From Felis catus (lineage: Eukaryota), in NCBI RefSeq assembly GCF_018350175.1, contig NC_058369.1, positions 6,512,001-6,576,000 of the forward strand: a stretch of 64,000 nucleotides of DNA, in the 5' to 3' direction. Of the stretch, positions 14,647-27,200 are shown in pieces. The notes below the pieces were generated by a model, which did not search any database, had not been told where the DNA came from, and saw only the letters and a program-made list of their open reading frames with translations. Numbering within the stretch: position 1 is the stretch's first letter; every line of letters starts with the position of its first letter. Both the position numbers and the translations under genes were made by a program.

Positions 14647-15711
14647 CGGCGCCTGTTTTGGGGGAGGGGTTCTCCAGTCCCCTCTGGTTCACTTTCCTCT
14701 GGTTTGAAGGCCTCCAGAAAACTCAGGATTCTCCTATGAATCTGCCACAGTGTCCCACGGAGCTCAGAGATCATTGCTATCCATTGCTGTTCATTGATGA
14801 CTTAAAACACATTTGTTTGATTGCCAAGTTGACGAGCTGTCAGAGAATTTAACTGTGACCCTAGAGGAGAAGGGGTTTCCTCGGCTGCTGTCCCTACAGG
14901 CAACTGCGGTTTTAAGCCAGAATGTTACTATTTTTTCAAGTAGATTGAAAGCAAGGACTTGTTTTTAAAAATCTTCTTCTTCTTCTTCTTTTTTTTTTTT
15001 TCTGGTGTCTGAGCTACAGTATAAAGCATAAAACTTGTTTGTGGAACAAAAGTTTGAAAGAAAGAAAGAAAAAAAAAAAACCCACCCTGTTCCAGTAGAA
15101 TCTCAGACTTTACGGAGTGGGCTTCGGGAAGAGTCTTCTCATCCAGGCTGAAGGATTTTTTTTTTTCTTCTTCTTCTTCACAAAATCAGTTCCTCAAATT
15201 GACCAATAGCTACTGCTTTTATACTTTTGATAAGAATCTGCAGTCCCGGTGTGCGGTTCACGTGTGTCCACGGGCGTGCGTGCGTGTGTGTGTGTGTCCA
15301 GGCTAGATATGGCTGGTGTGCGTATGTGTGTGTGTGTGCGCACGCGCACAGAGTATTCATGCCGCGTTGACGCTTTGGGGGGTCTGCTCTTCTCGAGCTC
15401 CTGATCCCTCCCATCTCCTTCCTTCTTATTTACTGGGAGACTGTGCCCTCCACAGATTTTTCTGCCCCAAGCCTAGTCTCAGGAGTCTTTTCTCCCTTAA
15501 CTTTGGTAAAAAATGTTTTCCGGGAGCCAAGGGAGTAGTTTGGAGTGATAGTGGATCTTTTCAAGACCAAACAAAGCTAGGACATAAAAAAAGAAAAAGA
15601 AAAAAAAAAAAAAGAACTAAGATGATTAAGAGTTTTGAGAATATATTTGTAACATATTTAATTTTTGAAAAAATCTCCAGCATCAGCCTCATAAGTTATT
15701 AACTGTTTCCC

Positions 15712-15733
15712 GGGGGGGGGGGGGGGGGGGGGG
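15712..15733 (+). repeat. G22 homopolymer in INSR 3'UTR
   Basis: Direct read. Confidence 0.9.
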
Positions 15734-16947
15734 AGGGGAGGGCTTGTGGGTTGCTTGGTTGATCTGCCTGTGTGCAGAGGGGGAGCGAGGCACCAGTGGC
15801 TGATTTGTTTGGTCTTAAAGGCATCCATTTTTCTGGGAATAAAGCCACATTAGCTGCTAACCCTTTTGGACATCATGAGGCCATGGGTGTGGGTGATTGG
15901 GTTTGGTGGATGGCTTGGTTTCTGCTTGGGTAAGCTGGTAGGCGCCTGGAGCTGAGTCCTGCCTTCAGACACACTTGTGGCTCTTGGATCTTTTGGTTCC
16001 TTGTGTGTACCTCGCACGCTTCCTCAACTGGGTGTGCACATCCTATGATTACTGTGCAAACAACAAAATCAAATCCCAAAGTGCAACAGCCCAGATGGAC
16101 TTTGAGAACACTAAGCAATATGAAGCGAGATGCACCTGTCGGTCGCCTCCACCCTCAGGGCATCCAGCTGTCCTCAGAGTTGACCTCCCAGAAGCTGCTC
16201 TGCACCCAGTGACCTCAGCTGGGCCAGGTGTGGGGCCTGAGCAGAACTCTCAGGTGCTTATGATGTCGCAGTCCCCAAGAGAGTAGAGTCTGGAGGAGAA
16301 ACCACCAAGGATCGTCGCGCCACCAAGAACTTCCGAGTGGGCGTGAATTCAGTTTCTTCCCTTTGGGGAAAGAATCACAGCTGCTCAAATAAAGAACATG
16401 GTGAACTCATTACTTTGGTTCATCAAAATCGTCACCCACGGGTCATCCCTGAGAGCATTTGCTCATGAGTTTTCGATTGCTTCCTTCTCCTCTTCTCTTA
16501 AAAGTTGTGGGCTTAAGAACAGGATAGAGACAATGGCGACCTCTGAACCTTCTCAATTCTTGGTTAAGAACACAGGTAGACACAAATCCCAATTGCCTAT
16601 TACTATCTTATTTATATGATTTGAGAAATCACAGCACATGAAGTATTTCTGGGGAGCCTCAATGATTGGGTACAAGGAACAAGAGAACAGAAATTATTTT
16701 CGCCAAATTTATTTTGTACATATAAGAGGGTCTGTACGTAAATTAAAAATACATAGATCTAGGTATTTTGTTCTTTTCATAGTAAATTTGTAGTGGCCGT
16801 ATATGACACTAGCAACAATTTTCACATTTTTCTAATTCAGAAAGGTTTTCTTATATTAGGGGGAAATTATTTATTTTAATATATAAAAATCACTGTAAAA
16901 ATCACTTTCGTAAAAAATGGAGTGCATGTAAATTTTTATCAATGAGA

Positions 16948-16953
16948 AATAAA
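16948..16953 (+). terminator. Proximal INSR poly(A) signal (candidate)
   Basis: AATAAA with upstream TGTA motifs and downstream T-run 16975-16986; further AATAAA at 15838 and 16388. Confidence 0.55.
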
Positions 16954-16996
16954 CAGGTGAATGTGGGGTAATGATTTTTTTTTTTTCCAGCACAGT

Positions 16997-17004
16997 CTAC
17001 CTCA
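16997..17004 (+). promoter_or_regulatory. let-7 family 8mer seed match in INSR 3'UTR
   Basis: CTACCTCA; INSR is an established let-7 target in human and mouse. Confidence 0.6.
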
Positions 17005-19201
17005 GTGTATCATTAAGATGTGGTTCAATAATGGACATCTTTGAGACTTCAGAATTCTGCCTGGATCCAATCTGAATCAGGGAAAATCTGTGTCAGCTGA
17101 TTCCAAATGCCAGGGACCAGTAAGAATTTTGAGGGAGGGAGTTGGGATAAAGTGTGGCTTTCGTGTGAGCATAGATCCTTTTTCTGGCTGATAATAGTCT
17201 TCTCTGAGTTCAATCTTCCCCACCCCCACTTTTTTTGATCCTGCATCCATTGGCACCATGCTTCCAAACGTGAACTGAAATTTCAGGTCATCATGACGTA
17301 TCTGATGTGTGGGGTGCCCAGGCCTGAGCTAGCTTCCTTTGGTGAGGAGAGAATACTCCGTCTCCTGCTGGGGCGAAGATAGGTTTTGGTGCAAAGCTAG
17401 CATCCCCACTGCCCTACTGCATCCCCCTGCAGCGAGCACCGAGGTGCCCGGGACTCTCCATGGCTTCTTCCTACTCCTTTTAAGCTCAGATGCTTTGGGG
17501 GAGTGGAACAAATTGCACTGTGGGCATCTCACACACAAATACCCAATACAGCGTCTCTATCCTCCAAGTGGAAAAGGGGACTGTAGAGAAATTCCAATCC
17601 CAAATCTACCAGCATGCTGAGTATATTTTTTAGCCACAGAAACTTGGACCCCTGTGTGAGAATGCTGGGCTCACCTACACAAATGGGATATCGCCTATTT
17701 CTTTTAGTTTGTCTCTGCCACTGCAGTGAGAAAGCAGCCATTGGGTCATAAACCTTTTTCATCACACAGTGTTGTGTCTAACAACAACTTTGGTCCTAGA
17801 AAGTCATGATTGACCTGGCAGTGTTGTAGTGATGGGCTCTAAAAAGAGCAACAAAGCCAGCTTAGATGGGTACTTTCTGTTGTTTGTTTTTAAAGATGTC
17901 TCATTATTATTAAAATCCTTTTCATTAATGTGGCATAATCGACAGAGTAGTTTCTTCTTCCGGGAGGAGAATAGCAAGCACATTACTTTCTCCCGGGACC
18001 AGTGATGTCAAGCACACGTCTGGAAACGTTTGTATTCTGGGAGCTGTCCTTGGTGCTTTCCTGTAATGTCAAGCTAGTAGGGAGGAATGCTGCTGGTTCT
18101 CATGGAGACATATTGAGCACAACAGAGAAAATATGGGAGTTGACGCAAGGGTCTGCACATACAATCCTGTGATCATTGGAGACTGCTGCCAATTGATGGA
18201 CAAATCTTCCACTTTCTCCCACCAGAGCAGACAATCTGCCATAAAATGTGCTGGTTGGGTTGGGAGGTGTTAATTCGTAGCTGTCGTAACAGTGGGCAGT
18301 GGGCAGGAATGCTATCAGAGCATGGCCCACGCCAGCCATCTGAGTAGCTCGTGGAAGTGCTGTAGGTCCAGGGACAATCATTTTTCAACTTCATGGTGGG
18401 TGGAAATTTGGGGTTAAATGTCTTCTGGATGCCACTTGGTGAGTCCTTGACACCTCGGGCTCTTCAGAAATTACGGTTTTGTTCGATGGGGGGAACAGGG
18501 AAATGCTGATTGTGTATAAATGGTGCACATAGAATGGTGTCCCTTCAGAAAACCTTCCAGAAGGTTGTTTAGACTATTGATTTATACCAGAGGTGAGGTT
18601 GAAATGGAAAGAACAAATGCTGATTTGTTCTTTCAAATACCTGAAAGAATGTCATGGACTTTCAGGGGCTACAACTGAAGGTGAATGTTTCCTGAGGGGT
18701 CCCCCAGAAGCAGAGGGAAACGTTGACTTTGTGAGCTCACTGTCACCTCATACCAGTCAGGGTCGAAAACCAACCTCCAGCCAAAGTCTTATTCGGGTGT
18801 GGACCCTAAAAGTCCTTGTTAAAAACCAGATCACGAATCTGAGGCTCTTTGTCCCCTTTGAGAAGGAAGGAACAACATCCAAGACAAGTGTGCGTCTATG
18901 TACACATTCAGGAATGGCTTGTTTAGTCTTTCTGCTTTTTGTGCCTCGGGGGGTCCTGGCCCTGCGTGTCAGCCGCAGACACTTTCCATCCGCTGTCAGC
19001 TGCACAGGATCAAATGTGCCTCAGCTTATGGGGAAAACAACTCAGAAACACAAAACCCACCAAAAGCTCAATTATTATTTTTTCAATGTTTTCCTACAAG
19101 AGCCAAGTAGCGCCATGTACAGAATATGCCTTTTTCTTTGAATATTGAAATTGCTCTGCATGTAAAATATGGGATAATTACCTGTTTATATGAAAATTCT
19201 G

Positions 19202-19207
19202 AATAAA
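19202..19207 (+). terminator. Distal INSR poly(A) signal
   Basis: AATAAA preceded by TGTA motifs and followed by ttcttgtttttgtgtggtgt. Confidence 0.7.
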
Positions 19208-19875
19208 TTATCGGAGAATATTCTTGTTTTTGTGTGGTGTTCGAGCAAGGACGTGTGAACTGTGTGGGCTCGTGGCTGTGGGGTGGGCTGTGTTAAGGGA
19301 ACTCTGGAAATCACGGGTATCTGTTTTTAGAGGGAACAAACCTTCATTGTTTCTTCAGAACAATGAAGCGGGAGGTTAAATATTGTTACAATCAGGGCTG
19401 ATCTGCTGGTACATACCTGTATGATTGAACTGGTGGTTTAAATATTGAACTATTTCCAAACGGTTGGTAACTGCTATCCTAAAGATCCTCAGACTTTCCC
19501 ATGATGCAAGCACTAAGGGGTTCACTCCAGGGATACCAGGGGACCTCCGGGGTCTTGCTCTATTTCACCATGTATATATTGACCACTTTTAATGTCATCT
19601 GACAGGATGGAAGTGCCCCCAGGATGGGTGGTCAGTGGGGGACCACAGATTGAAAGAGGATTTTGAACAGCCTTGCATGAGCTATACACGGAGCGTAGTG
19701 GGTAAGGAGACAGACTCCCTGCCTTCAGCTCCGTATGTGACTTTGAGTGAGTCACATGACTTCACGTTAGTTGCTGCTTGTAACAAATTTCCTAAAAACT
19801 TTGTAGCTTGAAACAGCAAACACTTCTCACAGTTCTGTGTGTTGGCCAAGTGGGTCCTCTGGTCACAGCCTGACT

Positions 19876-20080
19876 CCATCCATCCATCCATCCATCTGTC
19901 CATGAAGTCATCTTTCTGCCTTTCCTTCCTTCCTTCCTTCCTTCCTTCCTTCCTTCCTTCCTTCCTTCCTTCCTTCTATCCATTCAACCACCCGTTTGTA
20001 CACCCATCTGTTTATCCATCCGCCTGTTTGTCCATTCAGCCATCTATCTATCCATCTGTCCATCCATCTGTCCACCCATG
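19876..20080. repeat. Compound (CATC)n/(CCTT)n simple repeat
   Basis: Direct read. Confidence 0.9.
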
Positions 20081-20850
20081 CAAGACTTCCGGGCTTCGGT
20101 GAGAACCTAGCAAAGCTGAGGAAAAGCACATCTTTGGGTGGGCTTTCTAGGCCACAATCTTGCAACCAGAGAAGGAGCTCCAGATGGGCTCTGGGTTGGA
20201 CTGGGGATGTGACTGGTTGAAATGCTCAGGGTTCGGGGCCAGGAAACCCTGATTCCTGCCCCAAGTGTGTGTCATATGACCAAAGATTGAGCCAGTGGCC
20301 ACCAGCATAGTGAGAGGAAGGAAGCACATGAAAGCTCTGGTATCTCCAAAGTACTCCACAGAAAAGGGAGGTGATACTCTAACAAGGCTGGCATGGTTCG
20401 CAGGTGGTCTAGATGATGTGTGATGAGGTCCACGTTTTCTAGCTGTTGGTCTCCAACCTCCTTAGGTGCTCCTGACCCATCTCCTGGGGCACGGTTTCAA
20501 CCCCGAAGCTGACCGTGCAGCTTGAGATTGTGCCCTCAAGGTGACTCACCCAGAGTCTTACACCCCAATCGCCTCTAGAAGCCCTTGTTGTGACCAGAAC
20601 TACATTAGATCCACGGGGGTAGATGTAGTGCATGCTGTGATGAATACACTGCTGTGGTCGCTGTAGTGGGTCCATTGTAGTTGACGGGGGCATTGTCTTC
20701 TGGGGGCTCACAACTGAGCCCCTCTGCCAGCACTTTCCTAGGCTTTGGGGACCTGCTTTGCCCACAGTTAGGCTCCCTCACTCAGGGTAGCCACATCTAA
20801 CGACTGTTGTATGTGGGGACACCAAGGCCTGGCCCCTGTGCCTAGACGCA

Positions 20851-21311
20851 TGTTATAGGTTTGATTGTGTCCCCCACGCCCCATCCAAAAAAGAGATGTT
20901 CAAATCCTAACTGCCAGTACCTCAGAATGTGACTTTATTTGGACATAGGGTCACTGTAGATGTAACTAGTTACATCTGTAACTAGTAGGGCGGGGCCCCA
21001 ATCCCATATGACTGGTGTCCTTATGAAAGGTCTCCCTGGACACAGATTCACAGGGAGAACGCCATGTGACGATAAAGGCAGAAACTGGGACGACACATCT
21101 ACAAGCCAGGGAACACCAGAGATTGCCAGTGAACCATCGGAACCTAGGAGACAAGCAAGGGACAGATTCTCCCTCACAACCTCAGGAGGAACCAGCCTGG
21201 CTGACATCTTGGTCTTGTACTTCCAGCCCCCCAGAACTGTGGGAGGATGCATTTCTGTGCAGCCCCCTGGTCCGTGGTACTTCGGTACAGCAGCCCTAGC
21301 GAAGTGGTACA
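20851..21311 (+). mobile_element. MLT1 (ERVL-MaLR) solo LTR
   Basis: TG...CA ends; tacctcagaatgtgactttatttgga, ccagaactgtg, cagcagccctag. Confidence 0.75.
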
Positions 21312-22419
21312 ATGTGGGACAGCTCTGAGACGCCACCACGGTTAGAGTGCTCCCCGTTGGATGGGGTAAGGTGTCAGTGGCAGCTGCATTGCAGTATAAT
21401 TTTTCCCTTTGCGCAGACCCACTCCCCTCCCTTACAGATACTGATCCCAAGTTATCCCGGATAAAACTCCCCCATGTGAACCTTTATCTCTGTTGCTGTG
21501 TGACAAGCTCTCCCATACAAAGTGGCTTAAAACAACAAACCGCTATTCTTTCTCACCATTCCACGAGCCAGGCCAGCAGCGCGTGTTGAAATCCACGCCT
21601 TGGGTCAGCCGATGGCTTGCCTGGGCTGAATGATTCGAGATGGTTTCACTCATCTGTGTGATGGTAACAGGCTAAAAGATTTCAGAGTCTTTTTCTCAAG
21701 GAACCCCCATCCGCCACAACCAGAGATGTTAGGGCCTCAGGGAGACTCATTGGCAGCTTTAGAAAATGAATCAGAGAGGGACAGTGAACTCCCAAAGCTC
21801 ACACAGCAATGGTTCTTTGTTCCCCTGTGGTCTGGTTGGTGGACCTACAGGTTCATCTGGCTTTCCAGCATTAAGGAGGAATAAAAGAGTTGTCCTTGTG
21901 AGGTTTCTGAGCACAGTCCCTCCATGGCTGCCCTGAAAAATACGGAACAGCAACCCACAGAGGAAGAAGGCAAAGCTCCCAGGGTTAAGGGTAGTACGGA
22001 GATGCTAACAGGTTCACAACAAGGCTTCAAAATTAGGGATTTGTGAATTTTCCAGTTGTTAGCCAGGCCATCTGGGACAACTCGTCAGGCCTCCCTAAGC
22101 CTCAGTTTCCTCATTTTTAGAAAAAGATAATCACAGAACCTCTACTGCGGAGTCATTCTGAGATTAAATTGGGTAAGACCGAAAAGGTAGTAAGCACTGA
22201 GCCCAGCATAAGCTTAATACAGATTAGTAGCTTTACTTGTTTTTTTTCATTATTGTAAATACGTATTTTCACCCCCCACCCTCACCCCCAGGGAATGCCG
22301 TGGTGCGTGGGGTTGTTTCTCGGACCTTACATGGCAGAATGCTCAGGACAACCTTGTGTTTCACAGATGTGGCACCTGAGTTTCAGGGAGTTGAAGGAGC
22401 ATCACTGATCTTCCTTTCT

Positions 22420-23000
22420 GTCCTGTTGTGTCAGAGAAAACTGGTGGACACACTTTAGGGTGACCCCCCCCAATAATTCCCATTTCATGGTGTCCACCAC
22501 TTTGTAGGATCCCCTCGCCCTGAGGATGGGCAGCATACGTGACTTGTTTCTAACTTGTTGACCATGGAGAAGATGATGGAATGCCACGACTGTGTTTACG
22601 GAATTTTATAGAATTTATAGTAGCAGGTTGGCATGAGAGATTTTACTGGAGGCCTCCAAGAGCAAACCATTCTATTGTGAGCTACAAAAGGGGCCACGTG
22701 AAGGGAACTGTGGCTGCCCCTAGGGTCTGAGGGTGGCCTCCAGCCAAGGCCAGGATAAAGCTGGTGTCGTGAGTCCTACAACCACAGGAAATTGACTTTG
22801 CCGACAACCTGGATGAACAGAGAGGCATATCCTTCTCCAGGTGAGAACGTGGGCCGGAAGACGCCTTGACTGCAGTCCTGAGAGACTCCGAGACCCAGCT
22901 AAATGACGTCCAGACTCCCGGCGCACAGAAAGTGTGAGATAATAAATGAATGTGCTTTTAAGGCGTTAAATTTATTGCCCAGCAAAAGAAAACTGATAAA
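22420..23000 (+). mobile_element. MLT1-type LTR
   Basis: gtcctacaaccacagga...cagaaagtgtgagataataaatg...ttttaag. Confidence 0.6.
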
Positions 23001-23239
23001 ATAGCATAGTGACCCGATCTGAGGTATTGAGCAGGTGAAGAGTCCTGTGTAGCATAGAGAGTGTCTTTAAGTGTTAGCTAACACGCGTCACTGGCATTGA
23101 CATCATCACGATGCTCGTGCTCCTGGTGGAAGGCATTTTGTGGATCTATGTCTGTGTCTATATCTATGTCATCTATATCTGTATTTATTTCTATCTATGT
23201 ATCTCCTAGTTTTTCTTTTCTTTTTAAAACCGAGGTACA

Positions 23240-23456
23240 GGGGCGCCTGGGTGGCGCAGTCGGTTAAGCGTCCGACTTCAGCCAGGTCACGATCTCGCGG
23301 TCCGTGAGTTCGAGCCCCGCATCAGGCTCTGGGCTGATGGCTCAGAGCCTGGAGCCTGTTTCCGATTCTGTGTCTCCCTCTCTCTCTGCCCCTCCCCCGT
23401 TCATGCTCTGTCTCTGTCCCAAAAATAAATAAACGTTGAAAAAAAATAAATAAATA
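23240..23456 (+). mobile_element. Young CAN-SINE (SINEC_Fc type)
   Basis: Near-consensus; TSD aaaaccgaggtaca. Confidence 0.92.
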
Positions 23457-23469
23457 AAACCGAGGTACA

Positions 23470-24260
23470 TATAACATATAACATTATGTTAGTTTCAGGT
23501 ACACAACCTATTTTGACATTTGTATGTATTCAAAAATTGTCTCCGAGAGGAGTGTAGTTAATTAACATCCATCACTATACACAGCTACATTTCTTCTCTT
23601 GTCATGAGAACGTTTCAGATTTACGGGCTTAGCAACTTTCAAATGCATGATGCAGTATTATTAACTACAGTCACCTTGCTGTGTGTTACGTCCCCATGAC
23701 TTATTTATAACTGGAAGTTTGTACCTTTTGACCCCGTTCACCCCCTGCCTCGGACAACCATCGATATGTTTTCTGTACCTATGAACTGAGTTTTGCTTTT
23801 GTTTTTGCTTTAGATTCCACATATAAGTAAAATCATATATTTGTCTTTAAAAAAATATTTTTATTTTTAAATGGTTTATTTATTTTTGAGAGAGAGAAAG
23901 AGAGAGTGCAAGCAGGGGAGGGGCAGAGAGAGAGGAGGATCTGACATGGGCTCTGCACTGAGAGCAGTGAGCCCAATGGGGGGCTCAAACCCACAAACTG
24001 TGAGATCATGACCTGGGTAAAGTCAGGCACTCAACTGACTGAGCCCCAGGCGCCCTATGATTTACCTTTATCTGTCTGACTTACCTCACTTAACATAATG
24101 CCTTCAAGGTCCACCTATGTTGTTGCAAATGGAAAGATTTTACTCTTTTTATGGCTGAGTAATATTCCATTTATATCTATACCACATTTTCTTTATCCAT
24201 TCACCCATCAACGGACACCTGGATTGTTTCAGCATCTTGGCTATTGTGAATAACATTGCA
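23470..24260 (-). mobile_element. L1M 3' end fragment interrupted by a SINE
   Basis: Antisense L1 3'UTR signature (ttatggctgagtaatattccatt...ttctttatccattcacccatc). Confidence 0.7.
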
Positions 24261-27200
24261 GGGAACACAGGGATGGCGTGTGCCTTCTACTGTCCCCAGC
24301 CCCCCAAAGAGTGACCCACAGGTGCAGGATGCTACACGTGCAAACCCAGGATGCCCCTGCCTTGGGCCGTCCCAGCACATATCCCTTAAATATTCAGAAA
24401 CAAAGCCCTGGATAAACTTGGAAGTCTCCAACACCAACATTCTGGTGCCATCTAGTCTCATTTGTAAATGAGTCTCATTTGGCAAATTATATTTTTCTAG
24501 GAATTTGTCCTTTTTGGGTAAGTTTTCCAAATTTGGGACTGGGGTTCAAAATAATCTTTCATCATCTTTTTAATCCTTGCAGTCCTGTCTCATTTTCCAT
24601 TTCTCCCTCCCTTCTTTCTTCTTTTTTTGAGGGGGCACTTTTTCTTCCCTAATCAGTCATGTTAAAGGTTTGTCCATTTTTTTCTTTCTTTTTTTAATGT
24701 TTATTCATTTATTTTTGAGAGGGAGGGAGAGAGAGAGAAGGTGCGTGCATGTGCGCAGGGGTAGGGGAGGAGGAGCAAAAAGGGAGGGACGCAGAGAATC
24801 CCAAGCAGGCTCCGCACTGTCAGTTTGGAGCCCCACGTGGGGCTCGAACTCATGAACCATGAGATGGTGACCTGAGCTGAAACCAAGAGTCAGATGCTCA
24901 ATGGCCTGAGCCACCCAGGCGCCCCAGCAGTTTGTCAATTTCATTATCTGTTTTTCAGAGTCAACTTTCCTCATTGTTAATCCTCTATGTGGCATCTTTG
25001 TTTTAAATTTTGTTGCTTTATGCTCTTTATTATTGCCTTCATTCTACTTGCTTATTGTGTTGTTCTGTTTCTAATCTCTTAATTACATTTCCAACTCTGA
25101 GAAAATAAAACTATATGGTGTGTTAGAAATGATCTGTGCTAGAAGCAAAATAGAGGACAAGTGGATAGGGAGTGTATTAGTCTGTTCAGGCCATCATAAC
25201 AAAATGCCGCAGGGGTGCTGGGTGACTCAGTAGGTGAAGTGTCTGACTCTCCATTTCGGCTCAGGTCACGGTTCATGAGTTCGAGCCCCACATCCGGCTC
25301 TTTGCTGACAGTGTGGAGCCTGCTCTTGGGAGTCTCTATTTCTCTCCCTCTATCTCTACCCCTCATGCTCTCTCTCTCTCTCTCTCAAAAAATAGATAAA
25401 CTATAAACAATGCCACAGACTGGGTGGTTTAAACAATAGAGGTTTATTTCTTACAGTTCTGGAGGCTGGGAGTCCCCGACCCAGATGCTGGCTGATTCAG
25501 ATCCTGGGGAGAGCTCTCCTCCTGGCTCGCAGACAGCTACTTTCTTGCTTCAGCCTCACACCGACTTCCCTCTGCGGAGCTTGGTGACAGAGCGTGAGCC
25601 ATGCCATGAGGGTACCCAGGCAGCCAGGGGAGAGGTCCACATGGAGATGACCAACTAATTAATCACCTCCCTGTTAGTGTGTTATGGGAGTGCCACTTTC
25701 CCACACCCTGACCATCACATGATGGTATTAAACTTAAAAAAAGTTCTCACTCGGTGGGGGGGGGGGGGGGGGGTGGCGCCTGGGTGGCTCAGTCGGTTGA
25801 GCGTCAGACCTCGGCTCAGGTCATCAGCTCGCGATTTGTGAGTTCGAGCCCGGCGTCAGGCTCTGTGCTGACAACTCGGTGCCTGGAACCTGCTTCGGAT
25901 TCTGTCTCCTTTTCTCTCTGCCCCTCCCCACCTTGTGCTCTATGTCTCTCAAAAAAATAGATAAATGTAAAAAAAAAAAATTAAAAAAAAAGTTCTCACT
26001 CTGATGAATGAAAAAAGGAATTTTGGTATTTTACGTTGTATTTTTCTTTTTTATGAGAACCATTTGTATTTTCTGCGAGTCGTGTGCCCATCTCTCTAAT
26101 GGATATTTATATTTTTCTTATTATTTGGTAGGAATTCTTTAATATTAATAAATCAGCCATCATGGTATGTTTCCAACATTTTCCTCTCTCTTTTGTCTTT
26201 GCCATGCAGCCTTTTTAAAATGAAGATACATTTATTAATTTTTAATTTGTGGCTGCTTGTTTCATTGAGGGTGTTGCTTGCCGATGTTTCTGTCAATTCT
26301 TATTTTAGGACAAGGGAAAGAGACAGTATTCTTTTTGTCACTTATGTTGGAGAACCCGGTGGGTTACCTGTTGAGATTCTAGTTATTGCTTGTCTTGGGA
26401 GGATATTGGGGTGTCACTGCTGGGGATACTCAGATCTAATTTTGGGAAGACAAGGGATGTAGGCTGGAGTCTGTGCTGAATGAGAATGGTGTGGCATTTG
26501 CTGGGTGTCCTTTCTTCTCTAGTGTATAGGGCATTGAGGGTTGCTATTTGGAGTTTCTATCATCATTAATATTGGAGGGATATGGGAGGTCATTTGCTAA
26601 GCTCCCCCGGTCTCTGATGTTGGGTTAACTTGAGGGGTTAACCCAACACCAGAGAACTGATTCCTGTTGTTTCTCGTATGGAGATCTGGGAAGGGGTCAC
26701 CGGATGGAGATCCTATTGTCTCTAGTTTTGGGGTCATTGGATATAGCTTCACTTATCACAAGTCACTTTCTGGGACTCCCCTTCTCCGTCTTGTTGGTAT
26801 AGACTGAGTGGGTCATTGGGATTGGGCTCCCCATTCTCTACTGTTGCAGGGAAGCTGAAGGAGTCCCTTCTGGGCCTGCTGTCATTTCTAGAATTGGAAG
26901 GGACTGGGGTGCTTGTTGGAGTTTCCATCATCTCTAATTTGGGGTGTTGCTTGTTCAGACCTCATCTTTTGTGTTTAGGGGTGGGTTGGGGATTACTCTT
27001 TGAGGTTCTGCTGTCTCTAGTGTTGGAGGAGGCTGGGAGTCTCTTGCTTAGGACTTCTGTCAGCTTGACTGTTGGACACAGACTGTGAGCATCACTTGCT
27101 GGGGGTCCCATAAGCTCTAGTCTTGGAGGACAGACTAAAGGATCACTTGCTGTGCCTTCCCTCATCTCTAGTTTTGGGGGGCTCAGCTCAACATTTTTTA

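Larger units (their letters stand above)
14647..19225 (+). other. INSR: INSR 3'UTR (long form, ~4.6 kb)
   Basis: Stretch free of recognisable SINE/L1 after the stop codon, ending at AATAAA 19202-19207 followed by a GU/U-rich element; end position estimated. Confidence 0.7.

Noticed and set aside
16955..16990. Donor-like CAGGTGAAT followed by acceptor-like T-run+CCAG in the INSR 3'UTR
   Set aside because: The implied intron (~33 nt) is too short, and the T-run fits a downstream poly(A) element better.
18593..19141. 182-aa ORF in the INSR 3'UTR
   Set aside because: GTG start, no domain, no splice context; likely chance.
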